From assembly GCA_037379345.1 (NCBI GenBank), contig CM074516.1:33083626-33147625 (forward strand): a stretch of DNA of 64,000 nt. Direction: 5' to 3'. The number at the start of each line of letters is the position of its first letter. The first letter of the stretch is position 1. The notes under the pieces were generated by a model. The model saw nothing but the letters and a program-made list of their open reading frames with translations. It searched no databases and was not told the origin of the DNA. The position numbers were made by a program, and so were the translations under genes. Source of the DNA: Perna viridis (lineage: Eukaryota). Positions 1-12,417 of the stretch are shown here, one piece after another.

Positions 1-591
1 GCCTGGCTAAAGCTTTAGTAGGATTTCAAATATCAGAAATGACAAGGTCCATGTCTTAAATCATCTAAGATTGGAAATCCATTTAATCATCAACACTTTG
101 TCATAACAATCCAAACTTGGCTTTACAATAAACTACCAGGAGAATAATTTCAGTAAGACCTTCTTATGGCTTCAGAGAAAGTTTTTCTAATCCTAAAGAA
201 AATGAACATCCTAAAAAGCTTTAGCCAATCTTATATGTATAACTACACTACAAAAGTGATGAAAATTCATGAAGAATCTTTCTGCATATCTGTACACAAT
301 CATAGTTCCATTTTAGTCACACTTTTAGTCTTCTAAGTTTCTGAATATAAACTTTTCATAAAACAGCTCAACAAAAATTCACCAGAAAATGTCTTCTTCA
401 AATTAGCATTTCTCTTTCCTTTAGCATTTAGCCAACAAAAAAAATTAGCTGATCAAAATAACTTAAATTTTTAAAAAATGAAACTGAATATCTACATCTA
501 CTATTCCTCAATTGAAACACATGTAGTCATGTACAGTACAAATCAGCAGAAAGACCCTTGATGAATTAATTGTCACATTAACATGTAATAC

Positions 592-681
592 CTGGATTTT
601 CTCTCCAAACAGAGAGCAACTGCCGAAGCTGGTATCCCCGTAGCATAGGTAGCTAGGCGGCAGTAAGAACCTGTAAGTTTT
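592..681 (-). CDS. TMEM135: TMEM135 coding exon 3 (gene presumably continues beyond the left edge)
   Basis: tttcAG acceptor, GTATTA donor, 90 nt, phase 2 at both ends. Encodes (R)KLTGSYCRLATYATGIPASAVALCLERKS(R) (human: [31 protein letters not shown]). I could not find exon 4 in 1-590. Confidence 0.92.
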
Positions 682-972
682 CTGAAAGCAACAAGTCGAT
701 CCAATTTTTTTTTTTTTGGTATTTCTACATGCATCTTGAAGCAAACAACTCCAGTCAACCCACTGACCTATTTTCTTTTTCCTTGCTGACCAGTCAGTAA
801 TAAAAATGGTCATGCAGAAATCCACAAGATTCAATTTTGGGTTTAATCAAACAAAATATTATGTGACTCCCAATGTCCTTGCATTGCAAATTAAAAACAT
901 TGTTTTCCTAAAAGATTTACACAAAGCTTTCCCAAAACAATAGCAGAGTGTTCTTTGTACATTTAAACATTA

Positions 973-1171
973 CTGCAAAAGTACTATTGTTAGTGGGGTA
1001 CCAATTTTCATGGTTTTCATGGGAAGGCCAAACCACGAAATTTGGTTCCCAACAAAAAGGAGATTTCTTTGATACTGAAAACATTAAAACCATGAATTCA
1101 GGAATCCACAAACTTTTGTTTCTTCTCTTATCAACGAAAATTGGTATCCACGAATTAAAGTACTTTCACAG
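973..1171. mobile_element. Tc1/mariner-type MITE (~200 bp) in TMEM135 intron 2
   Basis: TA on both flanks (971-972, 1172-1173). Imperfect ~40-bp TIRs: CTGCAAAAGTACTATTGTTAGTGGGGTACCAATTTTC versus the reverse complement CTGTGAAAGTACTTTAATTCGTGGATACCAATTTTC. Confidence 0.75.
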
Positions 1172-1439
1172 TATTTCATTACAAATGCTAATAAAGTATG
1201 TGTCAATCTGTGGGAATTATTGTCTCATATGCATTTACCTCCACATATTTCTATTTTAGACAAACTGAAAAATTTATGTTGATAGGAATAAAAGTGAACA
1301 CCAGTGAGAGTGCAATAGAGAAATATTTCAGACATCCAAGGATTTAAGAATATTTTTTATTTATTTAAACTAAATATTTCAGATCCATTAGTTCAGCTAT
1401 GACCATTTATAATTATAAGAATGTGAACGCCTGCTAGGC

Positions 1440-1801
1440 ATACACTCACTTGTACAGGCAGTTGATATAATACAGCAAGCAAAATTACAATATACACCTT
1501 ACATGAGACCACAGACTAAATTTGAAATCAATCCAACTACTGGAAGCTGAGATTTTTATGATGAAAACTGTCTGAATCTTTCCATATTGTGAAAAGTGGC
1601 ACAGAACAGGAAGTTGATATCTGACAGCACCAAAAATGGCTTGCAACATTTGCCTCTTCTATACAAAAATACACAACAAATTTGAAATCAACCCATGCAT
1701 TGGGAGCCAAGATGATTGCAACAAAATTCAGATGGAAAGAGGCAATGACAGATGGCCAAGGTGATCAAATATACCTACCACTCTATGAGTGGGTGTATAA
1801 T
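1440..1801 (-). mobile_element. Degenerate Helentron-associated (HINE-like) non-autonomous element
   Basis: Two diverged ~160-bp units (tttgaaatcaa at 1521 and 1681) and a terminal hairpin atacctaccactctatgagtgggtgtataa. The left boundary is approximate. Confidence 0.45.
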
Positions 1802-2017
1802 TTAATTATTGGTATATTAATATGGATTGGTTTGATTTAAATGTCAATTTTCAAGAAAATCAGGGGCAAACCTATCATTAGCTAGAAAATAACAATGTTT
1901 TTATGACTTTTGGTCATTATTTCCTAAATTGAATGCATGTAATAAACTGATTCATGGAGCTGCACAGGAAAAACTATTTACTTTTCTTGCTTTTAATAGT
2001 AGTTTATGTAAATCTTT

Positions 2018-2172
2018 GTACATATGTAAATACATATTCATGTACACATATAAAATGTACATATACATGTACACATATAAAATGTACATATACGTGTACA
2101 TATACAAAATGTACATATAAATGTACATATACAAAATGTACATATAAATGTACATATACAAAATGTACATAA
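2018..2172. repeat. TGTACATATA-based micro/minisatellite (~29-bp higher-order period)
   Basis: Repeating tgtacatatacaaaa/tgtacatataaa units. These produce the spurious CTY/MYI ORFs. Confidence 0.9.
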
Positions 2173-2252
2173 ACATTACAACAAGATCAAACTTTCAAAT
2201 ATAGTTTCATTAGACCTCAATATACTCTATCTTCTCAGTACTATAATGTTAC

Positions 2253-2380
2253 CTCCATACACAAAAAAATGTGATAAAAAGAGTTCCATTAGTTGTTAAG
2301 AAGACCACAGATCTGGAAAATAGGGCTGGATACGACTTCATAAAGTATTCTTTGTTTTTTCCTTGTACAACTCCAGCAAT
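2253..2380 (-). CDS. TMEM135: TMEM135 coding exon 2
   Basis: tttttcAG acceptor, GTAAC donor, 128 nt. Encodes IAGVVQGKNKEYFMKSYPALFSRSVVFLTTNGTLFITFFCVWR (human: [43 protein letters not shown]). In frame with exons 1 and 3. Missing from the ORF track. Confidence 0.93.
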
Positions 2381-2549
2381 CTGAAAAATAAGGACATATT
2401 AATTGATAAATGTACATGGAAGCCTGACATCATACAAAATTAACATGTACATTGTAGTGAAATGTGTAAGGTATATATAGCCAGCCTTAATCAGCTGCGC
2501 TAGGGTGCTAACTCTTAAGCTCAGTCAGTTAAGGCGCTGACTATCTGTT

Positions 2550-3090
2550 TAATATATGTGCAGAAACAACTGGCCTGAAGATCAATGCTGAGACACAGTT
2601 GATGATGTTTTATACTGAGGAAGTATGACAAGCTCTAATAATGGCATCACAAAAGATCTCAAGGCCACATTATCCAAAGCTGGATCAGTCTTCGCAAGAC
2701 TTCAGCCCATCTGGAAGTTAAAAAATTATAGTAAAAGAATCTGCTATATTGGTCAAAGCGCAGATCTAGACTTGATCTGCAGAAATTGGATGTATTTCAA
2801 AACAACTGCTTCCAACGAATATCTTGGCCATAGAAGATCAGAAACAAGGTGCAACCACAGAACTTAAAAAGAGACAATTATTAAGATGGTTGGGCCATCC
2901 ATTTGCCAAATATGGCAAAATGACAGACTGCAAAAGGTGACTTTCCAATGGTCACTTCCAGGGAAAAGAAAGCAGGACAGGCCCTGTACCACCTGTAGAA
3001 GAACAGTTCTGTCTGAGATACAGGAGACACTAATCATCTTGGGACAAACACAACATGTAGCAAAACAATAGAGGATAATGTAGAAATCAT
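2550..3090 (+). mobile_element. Decayed RTE-clade LINE, 3' RT fragment
   Basis: Frameshifted peptides GLKINA, KDLKATLSKAGSVFARLQPIWK and DRLQKVTFQWSLPGKRKQDRPCTTCRRTV resemble the RTE C-terminal GKRxxGRPxxTWRRTV region. Confidence 0.75.
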
Positions 3091-4149
3091 GCTCTTCATA
3101 GTATCATTTCTAAGCATTCATTTATTCCCAGGCCATTGTAGCACTGTGCTTTGCACTGCTATCAATTTTAGCACTATGTTATCTGAAATGAATTGTAGTA
3201 AGAATGCACTATGTGCCATAATTTGGAAGATAAACTTATAGAGTTGAGCTTCGCCAGTAAGCACCATGCTATTTTTCAAATTTATAAGGAAAACAGAGAC
3301 ATTGTATCATGATAATACATGTACATGTACAAAAATGTACTGAGTAGATGTAATACTTTCTGTGTGAACAAAATGTATAACAAATATGATGTATATGATA
3401 AAGTATGTACAAAATCTTTAACCCCTGATTTTTCAAGGCTTTAAGCTGAGAGCTGCTATTTACACACACTACCATTGTAACGTCTAAGCCACTAGCCTTG
3501 TGCCAAGCTCTGTCAGCTTTTCAAACAGTCTCACAAGTTTTGTCTACCAAAGAAAAATTTAACAACAATATCTACCAAAACTTAAAATTTTATTGTACCT
3601 TGTTGTGCTAATGGAGACTACCATTAGACGAACAAAATGAATGTGATAAACTGTAAATGTGTATGTACATTTACTAAACCTGCCAGTCTGAACTAGATGG
3701 AGCTAAGTAAATGCTGTAAATCTATTGCCTCATGTGAAAATACATTTCTATATACAAATTGTACAATAAGGTCAATGTCAAATCTCAAAATCTTGCATAA
3801 ACTGAACTTGGCAAAATAATACATCATTACATTCCAAATGTAGACAATATTAATAAAAAATTCAGCCATTTACATTGCTCTCAACTTATTCTCAAGGTAG
3901 GAAAGCTTATGCTGTTTCTCCCAATAAGACAAAACCTCAACTGATGTATGGTGAGTGACTTGTTGACACTTTGGTCTTTCTTTTAAAAAAGGCTTATAAG
4001 TATTGTTCACAATTTATTTTTTTATCCAGAGTGCTACTGTGGAAAGAATTGAAAAATGAAAGACAGATTTGTATTTAGTTTGCTACATTTGTGCTTCTGA
4101 GTATATTATGATGCATATATATTATCAAAATTTTCTATTGTGTGTTATG

Positions 4150-4365
4150 CAGTGTTCTAGGATTTTTCAGAAAAAGAGGTTATCTCGGGAAAAATCCATA
4201 TAAAATCAACTTTCCCACAGTCAATGACTGCTTTCCTAACAAAACAAATCCTTACAGCATATGAAGTTTTCAACTTGCCACGGGAAAGTGTAACTAAGTA
4301 CCTAACTTTCCCTGATCCAAATTTCACTTGCCTGGGTAACGGGAAATTGGAATCCTAGAACATTG
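4150..4365. mobile_element. 216-bp MITE with 14-bp TIRs and a 6-bp target-site duplication
   Basis: Ends CAGTGTTCTAGGATT and AATCCTAGAACATTG. GTTATG lies directly on both sides (4144-4149, 4366-4371). Confidence 0.75.
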
Positions 4366-5597
4366 GTTATGGTATTAAAAAAAAACTTATTTCAGTGCAG
4401 GAATAGTTGAGCATTATATTTTGATCATTGTTTTTCCACTAAAAAGGCTTTCTGTTGTAAAAATTGTACTCTTTACTCTATACATGTGCACTTCCTCTGC
4501 ATTTCAATGGACACTTATTGTGAATTCAAATAGGCATGAGGAGACTTACAAGCCTTTACCTGGTATCACAACTTCAATGGCATTACAGTTTAATGGGTGA
4601 TAAAGACTTTCCTTCTGACTATTCTTTTTGACAAACTGCCTAGATTTTATCAGTTCAGTTACATGTATTTTATCATTACCTTCATTAACAACCATTTAAG
4701 TAATGTTTCATATTTCATGTACATTTCCTCACATTAAAGGACTGCCTTTTATTTTTGCTGTACATGCAGAAATTATTCATTGCATTTTGTTTCCCTTCCT
4801 GCCTTCAATTTTGGCAATGGCCCTTGTCCATACATTCTTGGACGGGGAGCATCTTCATGACAGAAATGTCCCATTCCTTACAGAAATATTGTCAAACTTA
4901 TCTGGTGTCTGGTGCCAAAGTCGATCAGTGATTTTTCAAGGTTTTGTCATTATAATGTAAATATTCCATCATTGCATGTGTTAAAAAGTACTTCGATCAG
5001 TGCTAATGCATGAGATGTTCTTCAAATTTGACTTTCTACAAAGTAGGACCACTGTGAATTGACATGTTTCACATGAAAGGATAAAATCGTCTGACCAAGA
5101 CTTACTACCTTGTGATTGCTGTCTGGAATGGCAGCATTATGACTTAAAATGTACCAAAACAATCTGTCTGGATGTGCAAAAAATAATCTTTCAAGTTTGT
5201 TAAATGTATATTTTTTCTTCTTAATTCTGAATGGTTTTTAATCGATATTTGTTACATCAGATACGATTGACTCAAACCTGATGTGTGGACGATTAGCCTT
5301 TAGAGTCTCCCCATCCACGAATGTATGGACGAGCATATCATAATTATTTTAACAACAGTCAGAATGATTTAACTCTTAATCTTCTCACTGTAAGTTTAAG
5401 ACTTCATTAGAAATCTTATAACTGAAGTATACACAACACAGCCAGCATGAAGCAATCAAAAAGAACCCGTTGTCTAAGGGCTAAAAACCGTTTCCCCCAT
5501 TGAGTAAAAGACTACAACCGATCAAATTGTTACTACAGAACAGATCAAAGTTTACGTCTTATCAGCATCCAGTTGTCAAACAGGATTTTACACTCAC

Positions 5598-5750
5598 AGC
5601 ATATAAAGAACCATATATTTTAACTGCTTGCTTAAACACCTCCATCATTACATCAAACGACGCCTTTTTGCATGAGGGTGTCCATGTATGACCTAGTTCA
5701 TAGCAAGAACAAGTTATTTTATCGGACAAAAGTTTGCCGAACACCGCCAT
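5598..5750 (-). CDS. TMEM135: TMEM135 (transmembrane protein 135) coding exon 1
   Basis: Encodes MAVFGKLLSDKITCSCYELGHTWTPSCKKASFDVMMEVFKQAVKIYGSLYA, matching the human TMEM135 N-terminus as I recall it ([23 protein letters not shown]...LKIYAPLYL). 153 nt, followed by a GTGAGT donor in phase 0. Confidence 0.95.
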
Positions 5751-5786
5751 ATTTGTTTGGTGTCATGTGGGTTATCAACCGGAAGT
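5744..5786 (-). promoter_or_regulatory. Housekeeping-type TMEM135 proximal promoter motifs (ETS/GABP site; YY1 site overlapping the ATG)
   Basis: CCGGAAGT at 5779-5786, about 30 bp upstream of the ATG. CCGCCATATT (YY1 consensus CCGCCATNTT) at 5744-5753 spans the start codon. Confidence 0.55.
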
Positions 5787-7565
5787 AAACAAAAGCCATG
5801 CTACTTTCACTTTCGTTTAACTTAAATTGCATGTTGTTATAATTTAAAGACCCTTTATATACGATCTTTACCGAACTATGCACGGAACGCTGTATTTGAT
5901 AGTTTATTGTGTAGTCCATGGTCCATTTTCCCTCGAACTATAACTTCATAATGTATAAAACTACAACTTAATAACAATATCCGACTAGAAAGTTTTTAGT
6001 TAAGAATTATTCAAATACAAAGTCTGGTACCTCGACTGATTTAACACTTGGCCTAACATATTGTCTTTGAAAGACGGGATCCAGGGGATTCTGGTGATAT
6101 TTAATAAGCAAAATGATCAAATGATAGCTTATAATCTCCTTTTTTTTTAAATATTTGGATCAGGGCTTGGATGATCCATTTTGGGTCTAAGCTAATTTAC
6201 AAGTACATATGTGAGGTTTCTATCGAAAGAAAAGAAACGAAACAGTGCCGAATCGAAATGAAACCAAACCGTTTCATTTCGTGTTTTAGGCAATTTTGTT
6301 TCGTTTCTTTTGCTTCGTTTTTTATTGGAAAAGTTGTCATTTTCATGTGTAAAATTGATTAAAGTGGTAAATAACGTACTAGCAACTCCCCCTTTTTTTC
6401 TTAGGGACCCCGGCTGGTACCCATCCTATACAAAGTGTCTAGATCCGCCCTGTATGCTATCTAGAATCTTTCTCAAAATACAGTAGATGGTATAGAAAAT
6501 GGCTGTTCTTTATGTCAATGAAATGGAAAATATGTGTAGCTGCATTCCCGATGGGAATACATGTATCACCATGAATGAAAACGCTGTTTAGATAATTCAC
6601 AAATACAAAACTTAAACATCTCCAAAATAAATACATGTATCATCAGCGTATTTTTACTTTTTTTCAAATTGTTATAATTTTATTATAGATAAGCACATTT
6701 AGAAAATATGCTGAATTATTGTCATTTTGAAAATTAATATATTCACAAATCCAATTCAGATTCTAGTCCCACTTATAATGTTACCGATAAATCTGGACTA
6801 ACTGATATAACAACACGGTTTGTTTAAAATTTTAATGTTGGAGTGAACACAATACAAAATGTTAAAATGTTTGATTACGAAGAAGATATCCCCTAAAAAT
6901 TAATCTGAAAAGTTTCGTGTGGTAAAAATTGTGAGTGTTAATTTACATTCCATGCGATAATTTTGATCGAGCCAGATACATGTATTTTACCGAACAACCA
7001 TTATTCCCTCCTAACAGCCATATATTGCAATTTAGCAAAAATATGGCCAAAAGTTTCGAGGCGCATGCGAAATGCTCTAACTAGAACTGCAGAGGTTGAA
7101 TTTGATAATTGAAGCAAAACAATACCGGGCCTTGCTAAATGAGAATTGCATTGCTTCAGCTTGCAAAGTATACACGTATGTCAGTGGGGAACTGAACAGG
7201 GGATTCGGGATTATAAAAATCTGTTGTATTATATAACATTATGTATAACAGATCATTGAAGATGTGAAAAAATAACTAAGAATCATACAAAAACAAACGG
7301 TACTGCAGAGTAAATGACCCAAATCCGGGCATCACTAAACGATTTCAAAAGATCATTATACTATACAAAAAAATAGCACTGTTATTCATTTGTTTTAATT
7401 ACTCAAACCAGAAGCAAGAGAAAATTCCTTACAATCTAGTTAAAATTGGACCCATTAATTGTACCATTCAGTTACTGCATTGAAATTCCTTACTAAGTCA
7501 AGAACCGAAACAAAAAGAAACGGTTTTCGAAATAGTAGTTACTAAAACGCGAAACGAAACTTTCG

Positions 7566-8460
7566 GTCGGCATTCCAATAGGAACAAATTGTGCTCCTTT
7601 ACTAGCTGACCTATTCCTTCACTCTTATGAGGCTGACCTTATAGCTGATCTGATCAGAAAGAAAGAATATCGTTTGGCTAGATCCTTCAATCTCAGTTTC
7701 CGCTATATAGATGACGTATTATCTTTAAACAATCCCAATTTCGGGGATTTGATATATCGCATCTACCCAAAAGAACTTGAGATAAAGGATACTACAGACA
7801 CTGTGAAGTCAGCATCATATCTTGACATACACTTAGAAATCGATGGTAAAGGAAAACTATTAACCAAACTTTACGACAAACGTGATGACTTTTCATTCAG
7901 AATTGTCAACTTTCCTTTCATCTGTGGCAACATCCCTTCGGCTCCTACGTATGGAGTGTTCATATCACAACCCATACGTTATGCCAGAGCTTGGCGAAAC
8001 TACGCAGACTTTTTGTATCGCGCTAGAACTCTAACAAATAGGCTTCTGGAACAGGGTTATGTTGCTACAAGATTGAAGTCATCACTACAGAAGTTTTATG
8101 GTCTTCATCATGAACTCGTGGATCGTTATGGTGTATCCATCAGCACCGTGAAAACTGATTTATTCAACGGGTCATGGTTTTCCTTTCCTCGTTTGTCTAC
8201 CCCGGATTTGACTTTTTATGAGAAACTCGGCGGGTGTTGCTAGAAAAGCAGAGGACGCTTATCCTACCGGTGCACCTGGTCCATGCTCCCAGTTTTTAGT
8301 GGAGTCCGAGTTGCTCATTTATTTTTGTTACTTCGTATATATTACTTTAGTTACTTTATGTTCTTTATTGTGTATGTCTGTTTTCCATGTATGGTCTTTG
8401 TCCCTGGATTACATTCTTTTGATTACCGCTATAACCTTGGTTCCCTTGATTACTCTTTGA
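7566..8460 (+). mobile_element. 5'-truncated Penelope-like retroelement (probably Naiad-type): RT C-terminal half plus 3' region
   Basis: Uninterrupted frame 7566-8243: VGIPIGTNCAPLLADLFLHSYE...FRYIDDVL...SASYLD...TKLYDKRDDFSFRIVNFP...YGVFISQPIRYARA. It has the PLE RT motifs and no C-terminal GIY-YIG domain before the stop, consistent with the permuted-domain clade. Confidence 0.85.
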
Positions 8461-10859
8461 AATAATTGTCCCTTGTACATATATTGTTTATCTTTCTGTA
8501 GCTGTTACACCTTCTCGTAAGTAAAAACTTTGATGTATATACCCGTTACTGGTTTCATTTCAGAATAGCAGCATTTATAAAAATGGAACCTGTCTTGGCG
8601 TTGGACTGTTATGCCGGAAGGATATATACGTTCTTTTATTTTTGACCAAAAAAGACACATGCTTACCGCATATTTATCTGAATGGAAACAAATGCCAAAT
8701 CAAAGGAACTAAAAATGACAGCTATTTGAAAACAAAATGTGTATTTATCATAATCCTTCAGATTTTTAGTTTGACATCGGAAGGAAATGACAAATAAAAA
8801 TAGAACTGTTCTAGGATGCAATTTACCAGGAATGGTGTTACTGCTATCTATTTGGCTGTCTTGCCAAGTGATAAAAAGCTAAATGTTATTTTAAAACTAG
8901 ATATATCTAGGATTATATGTGAAAAGAGTTGTATGTAGGGCTTTAAAGTGCATGGTTAGCGTTTCCATCATACCTGATTGTTAAAATATTCGGCGTTTAT
9001 GTTAATGAAAGTGTCTCTGTACTTAGGTGTCCAGAAACTACGCACTTTTACATGATACAAAAAAGTGTCTATGCGACAATGTGTAGCATTTGAGCTTTAT
9101 ATAGCTTATCATTAGCTAGATGAGAGGTGAAAGAATTTCGTGCAAATTTCGATTTTCGTGCAAAAATTTAAAGACAAACTGAATATCATCATAAATTTCA
9201 ACTTTGTTGTATCCAACTCTTTGATTTAAATTCACAATTCTGATAACGAAATGAGTGGATCACACTTCTTTCCTTTGATCTCATCCCTATTTTTTTGCCA
9301 TTTGACGATTATTTGAGGCCTACAAATTCAAACAATCGATATAAATTTATTCAGTACTTAAGTAGCAGTCCGCCTAAGAATCATGCAATTTTCACTGAAA
9401 GTGATTTATTGATGTCCGACATTTTATCCAAATTGACTTTAAATCAGTTGGATATATAAGAAAAACAATGAATAAAATGAGAAAATGAAAAATGATTTCA
9501 CCGTTATCATAGCAACAACCACGCCTTAGCAACCACCAATTTAGGGCCTAATAATCACAAAAATGTCACAATTTGAATGTATTTTTTATATCTAATGGTG
9601 GAAATTTACCAAACTAAATAATTATATTAATGAAGTGTGTCTTATGGAAAACAATTTACAATAAAGTACAAAGCAATCTGATTGGATAAGATCTGGTTAC
9701 CATAGCAACCAAATTTCTCAATTTTTGACAATTTGAAATATACAAAAATAGGCTATGTTCAGACCCGTTTTGCTAACAAGAGCAAGAAGATATTATCCAA
9801 ATATATGCATGGATGTGTAGTAGATGCTCTCCACTGAAACATATCAAAAATAAAAATATGTAACATATCTTTGTTTTTTGCTCATTTGGACCTTAAATCG
9901 CCCCCATAAAGACTTTTCTTCTTCTTAACGCTTTTCATACAAACTTTGTCCAGACAATAACTTTTTTGTCTTTTGACTTAGACTTCTAATATTTGGTATG
10001 TTGGTATATCCTCTCGGGGCAAAGTGTCGTGTATCAGAGTGGGTGACCTTTGACTTTGACCTTTAACCTCAAGGTCAAATAACATACATATTTTGGCAAA
10101 ATATGATACAAAATTTTGTCTGTGCCATTACTTTTTGGTCTTTTTACTTAGATATCTGACCTGTTTGACATTTAAGTAAATTACAGTATAATGTAATTAT
10201 ACTTTAAAGTATAATGTAAAGTTAAAGTATAATGTGCTAGATTAGATGACATTGGCCTTTGACTCCAAGGTCAAATGACATTCAAAATTTTTGCCAAATA
10301 TCATACAAAACTTTGTCCCGGCTATAATTTTCTTTTGTCTTTTTACTTAGACATCTGATATTTGGTATGGGGTATGTTTTCTCAAGGCGAGGCGCCTCGT
10401 ACTAGATTGGTTGACATTTGAACTTGACCCTTGACCTCATGGTCAAATAACATATCAACTTTTGACTTGATGTGTTAATGAGGACAGATGTCATATGACT
10501 GATACTAAATTGTTTTTTTTTATTAATTTCTGAATTTTGAGGGAATTCAATCAGACCCAAGACTAATATTTCTTGTTTTTGTTTATCAACTCTTGACATT
10601 TTATCCCACTTCCATTTTTTAACTCCTGTTTTACTGAAATGCACATCTTATCAAAATGTCCCAGGATTACATTCTTTTGATATCCGCTAGAATTTTGGTT
10701 CCCATGATTACTCTTGTAAACATGAACATGTAGGTTCTTGTTTTCAGAATATTTCAAAATGTTTTATATTTTTTTTTGTTTAAACATAATGTCACAAAAA
10801 ATGGCTATGAGACAGGCTAAGTTAAAATTAACTGAATAGTCAAATGCAGGAAACGCTTT

Positions 10860-11268
10860 TAATAGCATTTTATGACCTGAACCAGAATTTTGCTGAAGGC
10901 AACAGTTTTTGAATTATTTAAAAAAAAACTCTTCTGACCCCTATGTTCCATTTTTAATATAGACAGCCATATACATTTTTAATGGATTAAAAAACACAAA
11001 ACACAAGTCATTTCGAGCACAATACACTAAAGAATTAATACGCTTTATTTCCATTAACTGATCTTAAATGGTCTTAGAGAAGAAGATTTTCAAAATTGCA
11101 CATGTATATGTGGAAAAATTAAAAATTGGTTCAGGATCACGGATCATAAATCCCAATAGTCATTTTGTGCACAATTTTCAAGAGGAGGAGAATTTCGAAA
11201 ATTTGTCGATGAGGAGGGGCGCCAAGTGATGGCATAAGCTTACTTGGGCTTTGGCAAGGAGAGCTAAA
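10860..11268 (-). mobile_element. Partial HINE/pearl-like non-autonomous Helentron element
   Basis: Head ccaagtgatggcataagcttacttgggctttggcaaggagagctaaaa and a body similar to 12125-12417. Confidence 0.65.
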
Positions 11269-11827
11269 AATAACAAATGTTTGTTAATGGCCTGTTACCC
11301 CACGTCTATTACTTGTAGCTGTCTAGAAACTATGTGAGAACCAAACATGGGTAACCTAAAATTATACATTTCATCTTGTCGTGGCATTAAAGAATAAATT
11401 GCATGATTGTAAAATGCGAACTACTTTAATTCGTAGTCAACAAGTTTACATGATCTTTCTACTTATTATTGCCCATACATGAGATCAGAGGTAAATTTTA
11501 ATGGAATGTAAAATATAGGTTGCAGACTTCGTTTGGATGCTGATTCAATATCCTAATGTATCCGTATATGACTTCAGTTATATAATCCTGCCTTTTATAT
11601 TTAAAGAGGTATGATATCAAAAGTAATAAATCGTGATGTTTTTTTACAAAAAAAAATTAAGTTTTTTGCCTTCTTTGGCATATTCCTTTATATATTTTTC
11701 CCTATTTTCAACTATGCTGGAACACAGACATAAACATGTAGGTAGATTTATAAGAGAAATACATTTAGAAGGACCTAGATAATAAAGGAATTAGAGTGTT
11801 GAATCAGATATGGAAAAAGATTGCAAC

Positions 11828-12417
11828 AACTAGAGGCTCAAAAGAGCCTGAATCGCTCACCTGGTTAACCATTTGCTTATTTAAAAAACAATCCCAACGG
11901 TCAATTTGTGTGGGATACCCTACGGAACATTTATGCCAACTTTCATTGAATTCTGTGCAATGGATTTTGAGAAGAAGACTTTCAAAGTTGCACATGCGAA
12001 AATACACAAAAAAAAACTGTTTCAGGGGCCGTAACTCCTACATCAGTTGACCAATCGTTTAGAAAATTTTTGCATAGGTCGATCTCATGATGCTGAACAA
12101 TTTTAATTTTACCCTATGCCAGAAATTTGCTAAAGGCAACGGTTTTTAAGTTATTTGCAAAACACTGCAATCTGACCCCTATGTTTTATTTTTAGATCAG
12201 CGGCCATGCTTTTTCATGGACCAAAAATTCCAACGGTCATTTTGTGCAGAACACCCTAAGAAACAATCATGCCAAGTTTAAAACCTGTCACTCCAGTCTT
12301 AGTTTCAGAGGATTAGATTTTTTAAAATTTGTCCACGACGACGTCAATGACGACGACGATGACGACGGATGCCAAGTGATGGCATAAGCCCACTTGGCCT
12401 TTGGCAAGGTGAGCTAA
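11828..12417 (-). mobile_element. Full-length HINE/pearl-like non-autonomous Helentron element
   Basis: On the minus strand it starts TTTAGCTCACC with a GTC microsatellite and ends GGTGAGCG (subterminal inverted repeat), the hairpin AGGCTC-TTTT-GAGCCT and CTAGTT. No TSD; T-rich insertion site. Confidence 0.8.

Noticed and set aside
1929-2176. CTY/MYI repeat ORFs, and similarly the ORF at 25376-25585
   Set aside because: Translation artefacts of satellite DNA.
4500-5400. Coding-looking stretch in TMEM135 intron 1 (ISVRNGTF and YHPLNCNAIE peptides on the minus strand)
   Set aside because: Only isolated short resemblances to transposase or integrase motifs, with many stops. It cannot be assigned without a translated search.
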